Below, piece after piece: positions 1 through 9,486 of a stretch of DNA of 64,000 nt (the stretch's first letter is position 1; each line of letters begins with the position of its first letter). The notes beneath the pieces were generated by a model. That model had not been told where the DNA came from and did no database searches. It saw only the letters and a program-made list of their open reading frames with translations. The translations under genes and the position numbers were made by a program. Location: NCBI RefSeq assembly GCF_028689785.1, contig NZ_JAQVCN010000025.1, positions 319 to 64,318 on the forward strand, written 5' to 3'. The stretch is from Zoogloea sp. (lineage in GTDB: Bacteria > Pseudomonadota > Gammaproteobacteria > Burkholderiales > Rhodocyclaceae).

Positions 1-1907
1 GTGGAAGGGCGGGGCCGGGTGAGTTGCAGGTGCAGGAGCTGGAAGGCGTCCTCAAGGTGCTTGTCGGGGCTGCTGATCACGATCTGGCTCCCCAGATCGG
101 CGACGGTGGTGCGGATGCCGATGCCGCGTTGGGCCTTCCAGTGCGCGAAGGACTCGCTGTTCAGGTTGATGGTGCGCCGTTCAAGCCAGGAAAAGGCCTG
201 GCCCGCCAGTGAGTAGTTGCTGTCGGACAGATGCAGCAGCCCGCGTGGGCTGTGCAGGCCGATGGTGGTGGTGTTGCCACGGGCGGCTCCGGGTACGATC
301 AGGGCCGTCATGCCGTTGGAGAGCGTCCATGCTTCGGCTCCTGGAATGCCTTCCAGGTGGGCGCTGTTGATGATGGAGCCGGCCGTGGGTGGGTCCATCA
401 GGCGGATGAAACGGACATCCTGCGAATGACGGACCGGAGTAACGGCCGCTGGCTGGACGGAATCCTCCAGGCGGGCAAAGTGGGCGGCATCCAGCGGAGG
501 GGTGTCGAAATCCCGTCCCTCCCAGATCACCACTTTATCGCTGCTGGCTCGCATGTCCTTCCAGGCCTGATGAAGTTCGCCGGGGGTCAGTGTGTTCAGA
601 CGATCGGCCAGCAGGGCATGCTGTTGGGAGGGGGAGAGCAGGGGCTCGCCATTGTTCCGGGCTGCGTCGAGGCGCCCGATGAGGGTGCGGGAGTCGAGGG
701 GCGCGGCCCCGCTGGCGAGCCTCTCCAGGCTGGTGACGAGGAGGCCACGCTGGTGCTGCAGTTCGGCAGGCGAGAAGCTGTTGTGGTCCAGGTCGCCGAG
801 TTCGGCGAGGAGCTGGCGGGCGCCGTCCTCGGCGCGCATACCCTCGGGAAGGGGGAGGCGGGCCTGGAGCATGCGGCTGCCGTCGGGCAGGGGCATGAGC
901 TGCAGGTTCAGGCCTGCCCGGCGCCCTTGCTGGCGATCAGTGCTGCGCTGGCTGGCCAGCCGCAGGGCCAGATTCTCGCGGGTATGTGCCCACACGGCCG
1001 CCTGGCTGTCCATCACTCGCCGGGGCTGGCGTTGAGCCAGGGCGAGCGCCCGGGCGCTGCGCTCCGGATCGGCCAGGGTGAGGTGACGGGTGCCGTCGAT
1101 CTCCGGCCGGAGCCGCGGCCCACGTTCGGGAACGGGGCGTGCTGGGAGGTCGCCCAGGGCCCGCTCGATGAGGCTCTGCATGTGCTGTGAGGAAAGGTCG
1201 CCGACGGCGAGGAAATGCATGTTGCCGGGGGCATACCAGCGCTCGTAAAAGGCCTTGAGGTGTGGCGCCTCGGCGGACTGCACGTGTTCCATGACCCCGA
1301 TCGGGTTGCGTTCGGGGTAGCCGCTGCCGGGCAGCACGGCACTGATCAGGCGGGGCGAGAGGCGTTGCCCGGGGCCCTGCCGGGCCCGCCATTCGGCTTC
1401 GATCACGCCCCGCTCCCGGATTACCTCGTCGGGGCTGAAAGTGGCGTGGGCGGCCCACTCCCGGAAGATCCCCAGCACTTCGGCGAGCCGTGCCGGCTCG
1501 CCGTCGGGCAGGGTGATCATGTAACGGGTCTGGTGATGGCCGGTTAGGGCATTGACGTCGCGGCCAAAGCGCAGGCCGAGAGTTTCCAGACGTTCGACGA
1601 GGCGGTTGCCGGGGTAACGCGCAGTGCCGTTGAAGAGCATGTGCTCGACAAAATGGGCGTAGCCACGTTCATCGTCGGCTTCGTCCATGGCACCCGCATC
1701 GACCGTCAGCCACAGGTGAAGCTGACCCTTGGGGTGGGGGTTGGGCAGCACGCTCCAGCCCATGCCGTTACCCAGCCGTCCGGTCCTGAGTTCGGGGTGG
1801 CTGGGCAGGGGGCTATCGGCCCGGACGGGGAGGGCCGCGGCCAGCAGGCAAGCCAGCAGCAGCGCAACCGGCTGCCGGACGGGGGGGCGGACAGAACGCG
1901 GAGGCAT
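1..1907 (-). CDS. M16 (insulinase/pitrilysin) family zinc protease, PqqL/FusC-like; 3' part runs off the left edge
   Basis: Absent from the ORF track; translated by hand. ATG at 1907 overlaps the TGA of the upstream receptor (TGATG). Signal-peptide-like N-terminus, inverted zinc motif GYAHFVEHMLFNGT (about 1625-1665), YPERNPIG and LKAFYERWYAPGNM. Confidence 0.88.
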   Translation of the reverse strand, partial: MPPRSVRPPVRQPVALLLACLLAAALPVRADSPLPSHPELRTGRLGNGMGWSVLPNPHPKGQLHLWLTVDAGAMDEADDERGYAHFVEHMLFNGTARYPGNRLVERLETLGLRFGRDVNALTGHHQTRYMITLPDGEPARLAEVLGIFREWAAHATFSPDEVIRERGVIEAEWRARQGPGQRLSPRLISAVLPGSGYPERNPIGVMEHVQSAEAPHLKAFYERWYAPGNMHFLAVGDLSSQHMQSLIERALGDLPARPVPERGPRLRPEIDGTRHLTLADPERSARALALAQRQPRRVMDSQAAVWAHTRENLALRLASQRSTDRQQGRRAGLNLQLMPLPDGSRMLQARLPLPEGMRAEDGARQLLAELGDLDHNSFSPAELQHQRGLLVTSLERLASGAAPLDSRTLIGRLDAARNNGEPLLSPSQQHALLADRLNTLTPGELHQAWKDMRASSDKVVIWEGRDFDTPPLDAAHFARLEDSVQPAAVTPVRHSQDVRFIRLMDPPTAGSIINSAHLEGIPGAEAWTLSNGMTALIVPGAARGNTTTIGLHSPRGLLHLSDSNYSLAGQAFSWLERRTINLNSESFAHWKAQRGIGIRTTVADLGSQIVISSPDKHLEDAFQLLHLQLTRPRPS

Positions 1908-4687
1908 CAGAAGCGGTAGCCGAGTTCCAGCCAAAACTGGCGGCCGGCTTCATAGATCGTCGAGGGGGACGTGGTGTCCAGGGTGTTCGTGCGATTGAGC
2001 ACATTGTTGATGGTGACGGTGACAAAGGCCTCCTGGCCAGCGCTGGTGGGAATGCTCCAGTTGATGCGGGTATCCCAGGTCAGGGCCGGGCCGAAGCTGA
2101 GTTTGTCGTAGCTGTTCACCTGGCTACCCTGGTAGTCGGCCTTGCCGTTGAGGGCCATCTTCTGGAAGCCGGTGCGGTAGCGCAGGAAGTTGCCGATCTG
2201 CAGTCGGGCCCGGGGGATGTAGGTGTTAAAGAGAATGCGCAGGGTCTGTGGGCGGGCGTAGTTGTCGGCGGGGCGGTCGGTCCAGCGGATGAACTTGCCG
2301 TCGTAGCGCACCATGCGTTCCAGATCACCGCTGCCCAGGTCGCTGAGGGTGTCGCTGTAGTTGGCATGGGAGGTCTCGACCCGGGTCCAGTCGAGGGCGC
2401 CCATCACTGTGGTGGTGGTGCCAAAGGCCTGGATGGGCTTGAGGCTTTCATAGGCCAGGGACCACACGCTGCTGTCGGACTTGCCCACGTTGTCCCACCA
2501 GTAGTTGCCGGCCGAGCGCAGGTGGAGGACGACTTCGTCGCGGCTCTTGCGGCCGACCCGTTTCAGGGTCCATTGGCCGTTGGCCCATTTCTGGCGCACG
2601 CCCAGTACGGTTTCGTCGCTGTAGGGCACGCTCAGGTCGCCGATGTTGTACATGGCGGCGGTATTGGCGACGGTGGGGGTGCCCCACATGCCGAGCACGC
2701 CGCCCACGAGGCTGCGGTCCTGGCTGGCCATCTGCAGGGACAGGCGTTCGCGGTAGGTATGGAACTGCATGAAGTTGCGGCCGTAGTAGCGGTTGTAGCC
2801 GGCTTCCAGCAGGGTCTGTCCGTTGCCCAGCGCGTCGAACAAGAGCGCACTGCGGGGGGCGAAGGTGCCTTTGGACGCAAGGTTGCTGTCATCGTAGCGC
2901 AGGCCCAGACGGGTGGTCAGGCGGCCGTAGCGGATCTCGTCCTGGATGAAGGCGCCCTGGCTGGATTCGTTCACTTCGAACTTGCCCGCCAGGTAGATGA
3001 TGCGCCGCTTGAGGTATTGGCCTTTGCCGTTGGAGGTGGGGGAGAGGGAGCAGGTGGCGCTGTCGACTGTGCCGTTGGCCTGCAGGCAGGTGTCGGTGGC
3101 GGTGGAGAGTGTGTATTGCTCGTACTGGGTGTTGCGCTCGTAGAGAGATTCCTTGCGCTCCAGTTCGATACCGGCCTGCAGCCGGTGCTCCATACCCAGC
3201 AGGGTGAGGGGCTTGAGGTCGGCCCGGGCGGTGTAGTTGAGGGTGTCCTGCTGCTGCTTGATGTCGCCGTAGCCGCCTTCGCCGCTGTTGCCGCCCGGCA
3301 CACCCCAGTTCTTGTCGGCGGCGGAGTAGCCCCACAGTTTCCAAGTGCTGGCGTCACTATCCCGGGAGCTCTTCATGCTGCTCCAGGTGAGGCGCTGGGT
3401 GAGCTTGACGTCGTCGAAACGCTGGACCAGGCCCGCGTTGAGGCCGACCCCGCCGGACTCCAGGCGGAAGAAGCTGTTCCTGGCGTTGCTGATGAAGTAC
3501 TCGTTGTCGGAAGGGGCGTAGCTGACGGAGAGATCCAGGTCGGTGTCCCGATCGAGCCTGGCAAAGCCCTTCAGGAAGAGGTTGTCGATCTGCCGCTGCT
3601 GGACCTTGCGCCTGCTATCCCCGTCCATGCCCGCACTCCCGGTGTAGCCGGTGAGGGGGATCTCCGACGTACGCCGGACGAAGCTGCCGATGAAGCCGAA
3701 ACTGTCATTCACTTTGGATTCGATGGCGGCCCGGTAGGTCATCTTGTCGAAGCGCGGCTGCTCTGTCATATCGGCGGAGCGTTCGTACTCCTGCCGGTTG
3801 GCCGGGGCGACCTTGGCCTGCATCCATTCGGAGCGGGTCATTTCCACCGACACACGCCCGCCGAGACTGCGCCTGGGCGCGCAGGTGTCGGCACTGACCA
3901 CGCCGCCGCTGAAGCGGCCGTAGGCGGCGGGCACATTGGAATCACGCACGGTCACATCGCAGATCAGGCTGGAGTCGATGGCGAAGCCCTGACTGGCGGA
4001 GGGCGGGCTGTTGTTGCTGTTGACGCCGCTGAGGCTGGAGCCGGTGCTGGCCGGGTTGATGTCGTTGTTGATCGGCATGCCGTCCAGCTGGTAGAGGTTG
4101 GCGTAGAACTTGGCGCCGTTGATGCTGATGTCGGCGGGGGCGATCTCGCCTTGGGAGCCGGAGCGCTGCTGCTGTTCGCTGAACTGCACGCTGGGGTGCA
4201 GCTTGAGCAGGCTGGTCACGTCGCCGTTGCCGGAGGGCATGGCGCGCAGGGTGGCTTCATCCACGGTGAATACGCCGATGGATGGGTCCCGCGGGGCTTC
4301 CACCCGCACGGGGGCCAGGGTCGACTCGCTGCTGCCCTGGGGGAGACCGGGTGCCGGTTGGATGGCGGCCTGCGGTGCCGCTTCCACCAGCACGGCGTTG
4401 CTGCCCACCAGGCGGTAGCGCAGGCCGCTGCCGGCGAGGAGCTGATCAAGGGCTTCGTGTGGGGTAAGGCGGCCCTGCACAGCGGGGGCAGCCTTGCCGG
4501 CAACCGCCTCGGGGGCGTGGGAGATCTGCAGCCCGGTCTGCTGGCCAAGCACAAGCAGGGCCGCGCCGAGGGGCTGGGTGGGGATCAGGACGCTGATTTC
4601 CTGAGCGTGGGTGGCAGGGCAGGCAAGGCCGAGCAGCGCTGCAGTGAGCAGGGCGGGTGCTGTGGGGCGAAGTGCGTTGGCTTTCAT
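1907..4687 (-). CDS. TonB-dependent receptor with N-terminal STN signalling domain, YddB/FusA-like
   Basis: 926 aa; signal peptide; STN-like segment (QPLGAALLVLGQQTGLQI...ALDQLLAGSGL); plug motif ISINGAKFYANLYQLDGMPINND; paired-Cys loop; C-terminal LELGYRF. Confidence 0.9.
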   Translation of the reverse strand: MKANALRPTAPALLTAALLGLACPATHAQEISVLIPTQPLGAALLVLGQQTGLQISHAPEAVAGKAAPAVQGRLTPHEALDQLLAGSGLRYRLVGSNAVLVEAAPQAAIQPAPGLPQGSSESTLAPVRVEAPRDPSIGVFTVDEATLRAMPSGNGDVTSLLKLHPSVQFSEQQQRSGSQGEIAPADISINGAKFYANLYQLDGMPINNDINPASTGSSLSGVNSNNSPPSASQGFAIDSSLICDVTVRDSNVPAAYGRFSGGVVSADTCAPRRSLGGRVSVEMTRSEWMQAKVAPANRQEYERSADMTEQPRFDKMTYRAAIESKVNDSFGFIGSFVRRTSEIPLTGYTGSAGMDGDSRRKVQQRQIDNLFLKGFARLDRDTDLDLSVSYAPSDNEYFISNARNSFFRLESGGVGLNAGLVQRFDDVKLTQRLTWSSMKSSRDSDASTWKLWGYSAADKNWGVPGGNSGEGGYGDIKQQQDTLNYTARADLKPLTLLGMEHRLQAGIELERKESLYERNTQYEQYTLSTATDTCLQANGTVDSATCSLSPTSNGKGQYLKRRIIYLAGKFEVNESSQGAFIQDEIRYGRLTTRLGLRYDDSNLASKGTFAPRSALLFDALGNGQTLLEAGYNRYYGRNFMQFHTYRERLSLQMASQDRSLVGGVLGMWGTPTVANTAAMYNIGDLSVPYSDETVLGVRQKWANGQWTLKRVGRKSRDEVVLHLRSAGNYWWDNVGKSDSSVWSLAYESLKPIQAFGTTTTVMGALDWTRVETSHANYSDTLSDLGSGDLERMVRYDGKFIRWTDRPADNYARPQTLRILFNTYIPRARLQIGNFLRYRTGFQKMALNGKADYQGSQVNSYDKLSFGPALTWDTRINWSIPTSAGQEAFVTVTINNVLNRTNTLDTTSPSTIYEAGRQFWLELGYRF

Positions 4688-4769
4688 TGGGGCATTCGAA
4701 TGGTTGTTGTTCGATGCCTGTAAGACGTTGCTGACCGGGGGCTACCTCACCCCTCTGCGCAAAAATATT

Positions 4770-5714
4770 TCAGCGCACCACACGGATGCCGGGGAGTCGG
4801 ATTACACGCCGATTGGCCGCGGCAGCGAGCAGGGTCAGCGCGGTCTCCGGATCCTTGCTGCTGACCGTCCCGGATATCCGCTGTCGGCGGGCATTGGCCG
4901 AGGGCACCAGGATGATCTGGTGGGTATGGCGGCCAAGCACGGCGAGGGCATCGGCCAGTGGTGTGTCCTGGAAGACCAGAGTGCCTTCGGTCCAGCCTTC
5001 TTCCTGGGGCAGGGCAGGGGGCTCGGGATGGAGACCGCTGGCGTCGATGCGCACCCGCTCGCCGACGCCCAGCGTGGCGGGAGGCGTATCGGCCGGACAC
5101 CGGCTACAGGTGGCCCGCACCCGGCTTTCGAAAACACTCACGGTGGTGCCGTCGGCCTCCCGGCTGACGTCGAAACGGGTGCCCAGTGCTTCGGCGGCGC
5201 CGTCCCGGGTCTCGACGGTGAAGGCACGCGGCCGCTCCTGGCGGGCCACCTCGAAGTGGGCCCGGCCGGTTAGCAGCGCCACGTGCCGCCCCTCCGCATC
5301 CATGCGTACCCGGATTGCGCTGTCGGCATCGAGGGTGGCGATGGAGCCGTCGGCCAGGGTGATCCGGCGGATCTCGCCCTTGCCGGTGGCGTGGTCGGCC
5401 TGGAGCAGGGGAACGAGGATCTCCCGGGCGGGGTCGGCCGCTAGCAACACAATGCCGCCAGCCAGCAGGATCGCCATCGCTGCGGCCTGCGGCCGGCCCC
5501 GGCACAGGCGGCGCCGGAGCTTGTTGGAATCAATCTGACCCATCTGCGCCCAGATCCGCTGCAGTCGCTCGAAGGCGTTGCGGTGGCCAGGGTCGGCAGC
5601 CTGCCAGGCCTGGAAGGCCGCTTCCTCGTCGGCGGAGAGGGGGCCGCGTCCGTGGCGGATGACCCAGCGACCCGCTTCCTCCAGTACCGGGTCCGGGGGC
5701 GCGGCGGCGCTCAT
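4770..5714 (-). CDS. FecR-family anti-sigma / transmembrane sensor
   Basis: EEAGRWVIR...FQAWQAADPGHRNAF N-terminus, one TM helix, TGKGEIRRITLADGS, LGTRFDV, W...LVFQDTPLADAL. Confidence 0.92.
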   Translation of the reverse strand: MSAAAPPDPVLEEAGRWVIRHGRGPLSADEEAAFQAWQAADPGHRNAFERLQRIWAQMGQIDSNKLRRRLCRGRPQAAAMAILLAGGIVLLAADPAREILVPLLQADHATGKGEIRRITLADGSIATLDADSAIRVRMDAEGRHVALLTGRAHFEVARQERPRAFTVETRDGAAEALGTRFDVSREADGTTVSVFESRVRATCSRCPADTPPATLGVGERVRIDASGLHPEPPALPQEEGWTEGTLVFQDTPLADALAVLGRHTHQIILVPSANARRQRISGTVSSKDPETALTLLAAAANRRVIRLPGIRVVR

Positions 5715-6206
5715 TCAGTTTGCCAGCACAGCCTGGCAGGTCAGCAGGATGCGCATCATGTGCTTTTCCACCGCGCTGACCGAGATGCCCAGCAGGTGTG
5801 CTGTTTCGGCATGGCTGAGGCCGTCGAGCTTGTGCGCCACGAAGACTTCGATGCTGCGGCTGGGCTGGGCGAGGAGGGCTTGTTCAAGGCGCCGGATGGT
5901 GTCGGCCGCTGCTACCGAGTCGAAGGTGTCGGGTGCGGCGACGTCCCCGTACAGTGTGTCGTACTGGCCGAGAGCTGTCTTTTCTCGGCGCTGCTGGCGG
6001 TGCCAGTCCATGGCGATGTTGGCTGCCACCCTGAACACATAGGCCTTGAGGTTGGCTGGCGGTGTGGCTGGCCGTGCTGTGCTTAGGCGCAGCCAGGTGT
6101 CCTGGGCGCAGTCCCGCGCAGTGTCCCGGGAGCCTGTGCGCAAGGACAGGAAATCCACGATTTCCGGGTAATGCGCGACCAGGATTTGTGACAGACATGC
6201 AGACAT
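5715..6206 (-). CDS. FecI-like ECF sigma factor
   Basis: 163 aa; DCAQDTWLRL, YVFRVAANIAMD, GLSHAETAHLLGISVSAVEKHM; stop abuts the FecR start. Confidence 0.92.
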   Translation of the reverse strand: MSACLSQILVAHYPEIVDFLSLRTGSRDTARDCAQDTWLRLSTARPATPPANLKAYVFRVAANIAMDWHRQQRREKTALGQYDTLYGDVAAPDTFDSVAAADTIRRLEQALLAQPSRSIEVFVAHKLDGLSHAETAHLLGISVSAVEKHMMRILLTCQAVLAN

Positions 6207-6229
6207 CGGGGGCAGTCGCGAAATTCATT

Positions 6230-6248
6230 ATTGAGAATCGTTATCATT
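6230..6248. promoter_or_regulatory. Fur box
   Basis: ATTGAGAATCGTTATCATT, a 7-1-7 TGAGAAT-C-GTTATCA match, 24 bp upstream of the ECF sigma start. Confidence 0.8.
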
Positions 6249-6511
6249 ATATTTTCAGCCCGATACCTCCGCAAGAGGCGTTCTGCCGGGAAGACCGACG
6301 AACACGCCTATCCATGTGGCAGTGCGCCATGAAGGCGATTTTGAAATGCGGGGAAGCTCCCTTGGCAGGCGGCAGGGCTTGTTCCCCTATCCAGCAGCGG
6401 GTAGACTCCGGAGGTTTGGATCGTGTGGCGAAACAGCAGGGTTCGCATCATGATGCAGGACGCGTGAATTGGGCTGGTTGCAGCGCAACGCTCAACTGGC
6501 CATGGCACTCC

Positions 6512-6539
6512 AATAGGCGAACGCGAGTTCGCCTATTTT
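6512..6539 (+). terminator. Rho-independent terminator-like hairpin upstream of ppiD
   Basis: AATAGGCGAAC-GCGA-GTTCGCCTATT followed by TT; perfect 11-bp stem with GNRA loop. Confidence 0.6.
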
Positions 6540-6591
6540 GCATTTCCCATCCAATAGATCATCCGCCGTTAGCAGCAATCGAGGATTCAGC

Positions 6592-8499
6592 ATGTTTGAC
6601 GCCGTACGCAACAACAAGAAGATTGTTCAGATATTTCTGGTACTGATCACTCTTCCCTTCGCTTTTTTTGGTGTCGATTCCTACGTCAAGAATGCAGGTA
6701 GTGGTGGCGAGCTGGCTTCGATCGGTGGTTCGCCGATCTCTCAGCTGGAGTTTCAGCAGGCCATGCGCGATCAGCAGGAGCGCCTGCGCAACGCCATGGG
6801 TGAGAACTTCAATCCCGCGATGTTGGAGACCGCTGAAGCACGCAAAGCTGTTCTGGATAATCTGATCAATCAGCGCCTGCTTGCCCTGGATGCCAGCAAG
6901 ATGGGATTGACCGTGTCCGACCAGCAGATGCGCGAGACGATTGCGGCCATTCCTGCCTTTCAGGACAACGGTCAGTTTTCCTTGCCCCGCTATGAGGCTC
7001 TGCTCAAGGCGCAGGGCATGAATCAGCCGATGTTTGAATCCCGCCTGCGCAGCGATCTTGCGCTGAAACAGGTGGTCGGGGCTGTGGCAGAAGGCTCCCT
7101 GGTCTCCAGTGCATCTGCTGAGCGGGTCTTTGCCGTGCAGTTCGAGGAGCGGCAAGTCAGTGACGCGCGTATCGGTACGCAGGCCTTCGTCGGAGGAGTC
7201 AAGCTTGCGGAAGGCGCGGTGCAGAAGTTCTACGATGCCAATCGCAGTCGTTTCGAGATCCCTGCCCAGGTTCGGGCCGAGTACGTGGTGCTCAGCCAGG
7301 ATGCCTTGGCCGCCCAGCTGAGTCCGAGCGATGCGGATCTGCGCAAGGAGTACGACGCGCACCCGGAACGTTTCCGTCAGGGCGAAGAACGTCGGGCCAG
7401 CCACATCCTGATCCAGGCGCGCAAGGATGCGGGTGAAGCTGCAGTGAAGGCTGCTCGCGAGAAGATTGAGGGTATTGCTGCCCAGATCAAGGCAAACCCT
7501 GCCGATTTTGCCAAGCTTGCCAAGGAGAATTCCCAGGATCCGGGTTCGGCTGAAAAAGGGGGCGATCTGGGTTTCTTCGGTCGTGGCGCCATGGTGAAGA
7601 CCTTTGAGGATGCAGCTTTCGGGCTCGCCAAGGAAGGAGATGTGTCTGGCGTGGTGCAGTCTGATTTTGGCTTCCATATCATCAAACTGACGGGTATCAA
7701 GGCCGAGCAGGTCCGTCCGTTCGAAGAGGTGCGGAACGAGATCTCCGCCGAGTTGAAGAAGCTTGAAGCAAGCCGGAAGTTTGCGGAGTTGGCCGAGGGC
7801 TTCACCAACTTGGTTTACGAGCAGGCCGACAGCCTCAAGCCGGCTGCCGAGAAGTACAAGCTGACGGTCCAGACCACGGATTGGATCGCTCGCAATGGCA
7901 AGGCCCCTGCGCCGTTCAACAATGAGAAGCTCGTGACGGCTGTCTTTTCCGATGATGCAGTAAAGAACAAGCGAAATACCGATGCCGTGGATGTGGGCAA
8001 GGGCGTGCTTGTGTCCGCACGGGTTGTGGAATCCAGGCCTGCTTCCCTGCGCCCGTTTGACGAGGTGAAGGCTGAGATCGAGAAAGTCCTGATCCAGGAA
8101 GAAGCCGTTGTTCAGGCTGAAAAGGATGGCGAGAAGAAGTTGGCCCAACTCAACAAGGGTGAGGCCGTGGCCATCGACTGGAGCCCTTCGCGCCCGCTCC
8201 AGCGGATGGAGCAGGGGATTCCGCCGGAGGTACTGAGGGCGATCTTCCGGGCACCGTCCGACAAGTTGCCGAGTTATGCGGGCGTTAAGCTGCCGGGCGC
8301 GGGCTACGTGCTCTTCCGTATCGAGAAGGTGACGCGGCCGACTTCGACGGGCAAGGATGATCCGCGGCTTCAGGCCATCAAGCAGCAGTATTCCCGTCTG
8401 CTGGCCGAGCAGGATTTTGCTGCCTATGTGGCGGCACTGCGTAAGCGCTATGACGTCAAGGTGAATGCCGCCATGCTGGAAAGCAGCAAGGACAAGTAA
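6592..8499 (+). CDS. ppiD: Peptidyl-prolyl isomerase D (SurA N-terminal + parvulin domain)
   Basis: MFDAVRNNKK with N-terminal TM, ERRASHILI, SQDPGSAEKGGDLGFF, MVKTFEDAAF, SDFGFHII; GAGG before ATG 6592. Confidence 0.92.
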   Translation: MFDAVRNNKKIVQIFLVLITLPFAFFGVDSYVKNAGSGGELASIGGSPISQLEFQQAMRDQQERLRNAMGENFNPAMLETAEARKAVLDNLINQRLLALDASKMGLTVSDQQMRETIAAIPAFQDNGQFSLPRYEALLKAQGMNQPMFESRLRSDLALKQVVGAVAEGSLVSSASAERVFAVQFEERQVSDARIGTQAFVGGVKLAEGAVQKFYDANRSRFEIPAQVRAEYVVLSQDALAAQLSPSDADLRKEYDAHPERFRQGEERRASHILIQARKDAGEAAVKAAREKIEGIAAQIKANPADFAKLAKENSQDPGSAEKGGDLGFFGRGAMVKTFEDAAFGLAKEGDVSGVVQSDFGFHIIKLTGIKAEQVRPFEEVRNEISAELKKLEASRKFAELAEGFTNLVYEQADSLKPAAEKYKLTVQTTDWIARNGKAPAPFNNEKLVTAVFSDDAVKNKRNTDAVDVGKGVLVSARVVESRPASLRPFDEVKAEIEKVLIQEEAVVQAEKDGEKKLAQLNKGEAVAIDWSPSRPLQRMEQGIPPEVLRAIFRAPSDKLPSYAGVKLPGAGYVLFRIEKVTRPTSTGKDDPRLQAIKQQYSRLLAEQDFAAYVAALRKRYDVKVNAAMLESSKDK

Positions 8500-8541
8500 G
8501 CACCGCAGATGTGGACCCCCGCTTCCGTTCAGGGAGCGGGG

Positions 8542-8580
8542 ATGCAAAAAGGCCCCTGATGATCAGGGGCCTTTTTGCAT
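8542..8580. terminator. Bidirectional terminator between convergent ppiD and fabI
   Basis: ATGCAAAAAGGCCCCTGAT-G-ATCAGGGGCCTTTTTGCAT palindrome; a second hairpin lies at 8517-8540. Confidence 0.9.
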
Positions 8581-8598
8581 GTGCGTGCCCAGTGGCGC

Positions 8599-9393
8599 TC
8601 AGCTGCCTTGGTCCGGGTTGCCGAGGGCCGTGGTGTTGAAGCCGGCATCGACGTACATGATTTCGCCGGTAATGCCACTGGCGAGGTCGGAACACAGGAA
8701 GGCCGCGGCATTGCCGACTTCGTCGATGGTCACATTACGCCGCAGGGGCGCATTGCGCTCGTTGAAGGCGAGGAGCTTGCCGAAGCTGCCGATGCCGGAG
8801 GCCGCCAGGGTTTTGATCGGGCCTGCGGAAATGGCATTGACCCGGGTGCCTTCCGGTCCGAGGCTGACGGCCATGTACCGAACGGCGGCTTCCAGGCTGG
8901 CTTTGGCCAGACCCATGATGTTGTAGTTGGGCATGGTGCGTACCGCACCCAGGTAGGACATGGTCAGCATGGCCCCGTTGCGACCTTTCATCATGGGGCG
9001 GGCAGCCTTGGCAAGGGCGGGAAAGCTGTAGGCGCTGATGTCCTGGGCGATGCGGAAGGCTTCCCGGGAGGCGCCGTCGAGGAAATCCCCTTCCAGGGCT
9101 TCGGTGGGTGCATAGGCGATGGAGTGCACGAGGCCATCAAGGCCGTCCCATTGCTGGCCGAGTTGTTCGAACAGGCTGGCGATCTCGGTGTCGCTCTGCA
9201 CGTCACAGGGGTACACCAGCGTGCTGCCGAATTCGGCCGCCATTTTGATGACGCGATCGTGGAAACGCTCGTTCTGATAGGTGAAGGCCAGCTGGGCGCC
9301 TTCCCGGTGCATGGCTTTTGCGATCCCGTAGGAAATCGAGCGGTTGGACAGCAATCCGGTGATGAGAATGCGTTTGCCGGCGAGAAAGCCCAT
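8599..9393 (-). CDS. fabI: Enoyl-ACP reductase
   Basis: [54 protein letters not shown]. Confidence 0.97.
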   Translation of the reverse strand: MGFLAGKRILITGLLSNRSISYGIAKAMHREGAQLAFTYQNERFHDRVIKMAAEFGSTLVYPCDVQSDTEIASLFEQLGQQWDGLDGLVHSIAYAPTEALEGDFLDGASREAFRIAQDISAYSFPALAKAARPMMKGRNGAMLTMSYLGAVRTMPNYNIMGLAKASLEAAVRYMAVSLGPEGTRVNAISAGPIKTLAASGIGSFGKLLAFNERNAPLRRNVTIDEVGNAAAFLCSDLASGITGEIMYVDAGFNTTALGNPDQGS

Positions 9394-9486
9394 CAAGGTG
9401 TCTCCAGTGAATAACCACTCGATTATAACGGATGCTTTCCGGCTGCGCCCTGTCGCGGATTCCGGGACATCCGGTAGACTGGGGGG

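Noticed and set aside
4690-4770. ECF promoter TGAGG-N17-CGTC upstream of the receptor
   Set aside because: Plausible, but the motifs are too short in GC-rich DNA to support without TSS data.
6250-6511. tRNA gene or att-site remnant before the ppiD hairpin
   Set aside because: No T-loop GTTCGA...CCA pattern or cloverleaf; the GCACTCCA end is not enough.
6592-8499. ppiD looks less GC-rich at third codon positions, suggesting horizontal transfer
   Set aside because: Core gene in its usual link with fabI; the pattern fits high-expression codon bias and I could not quantify it.
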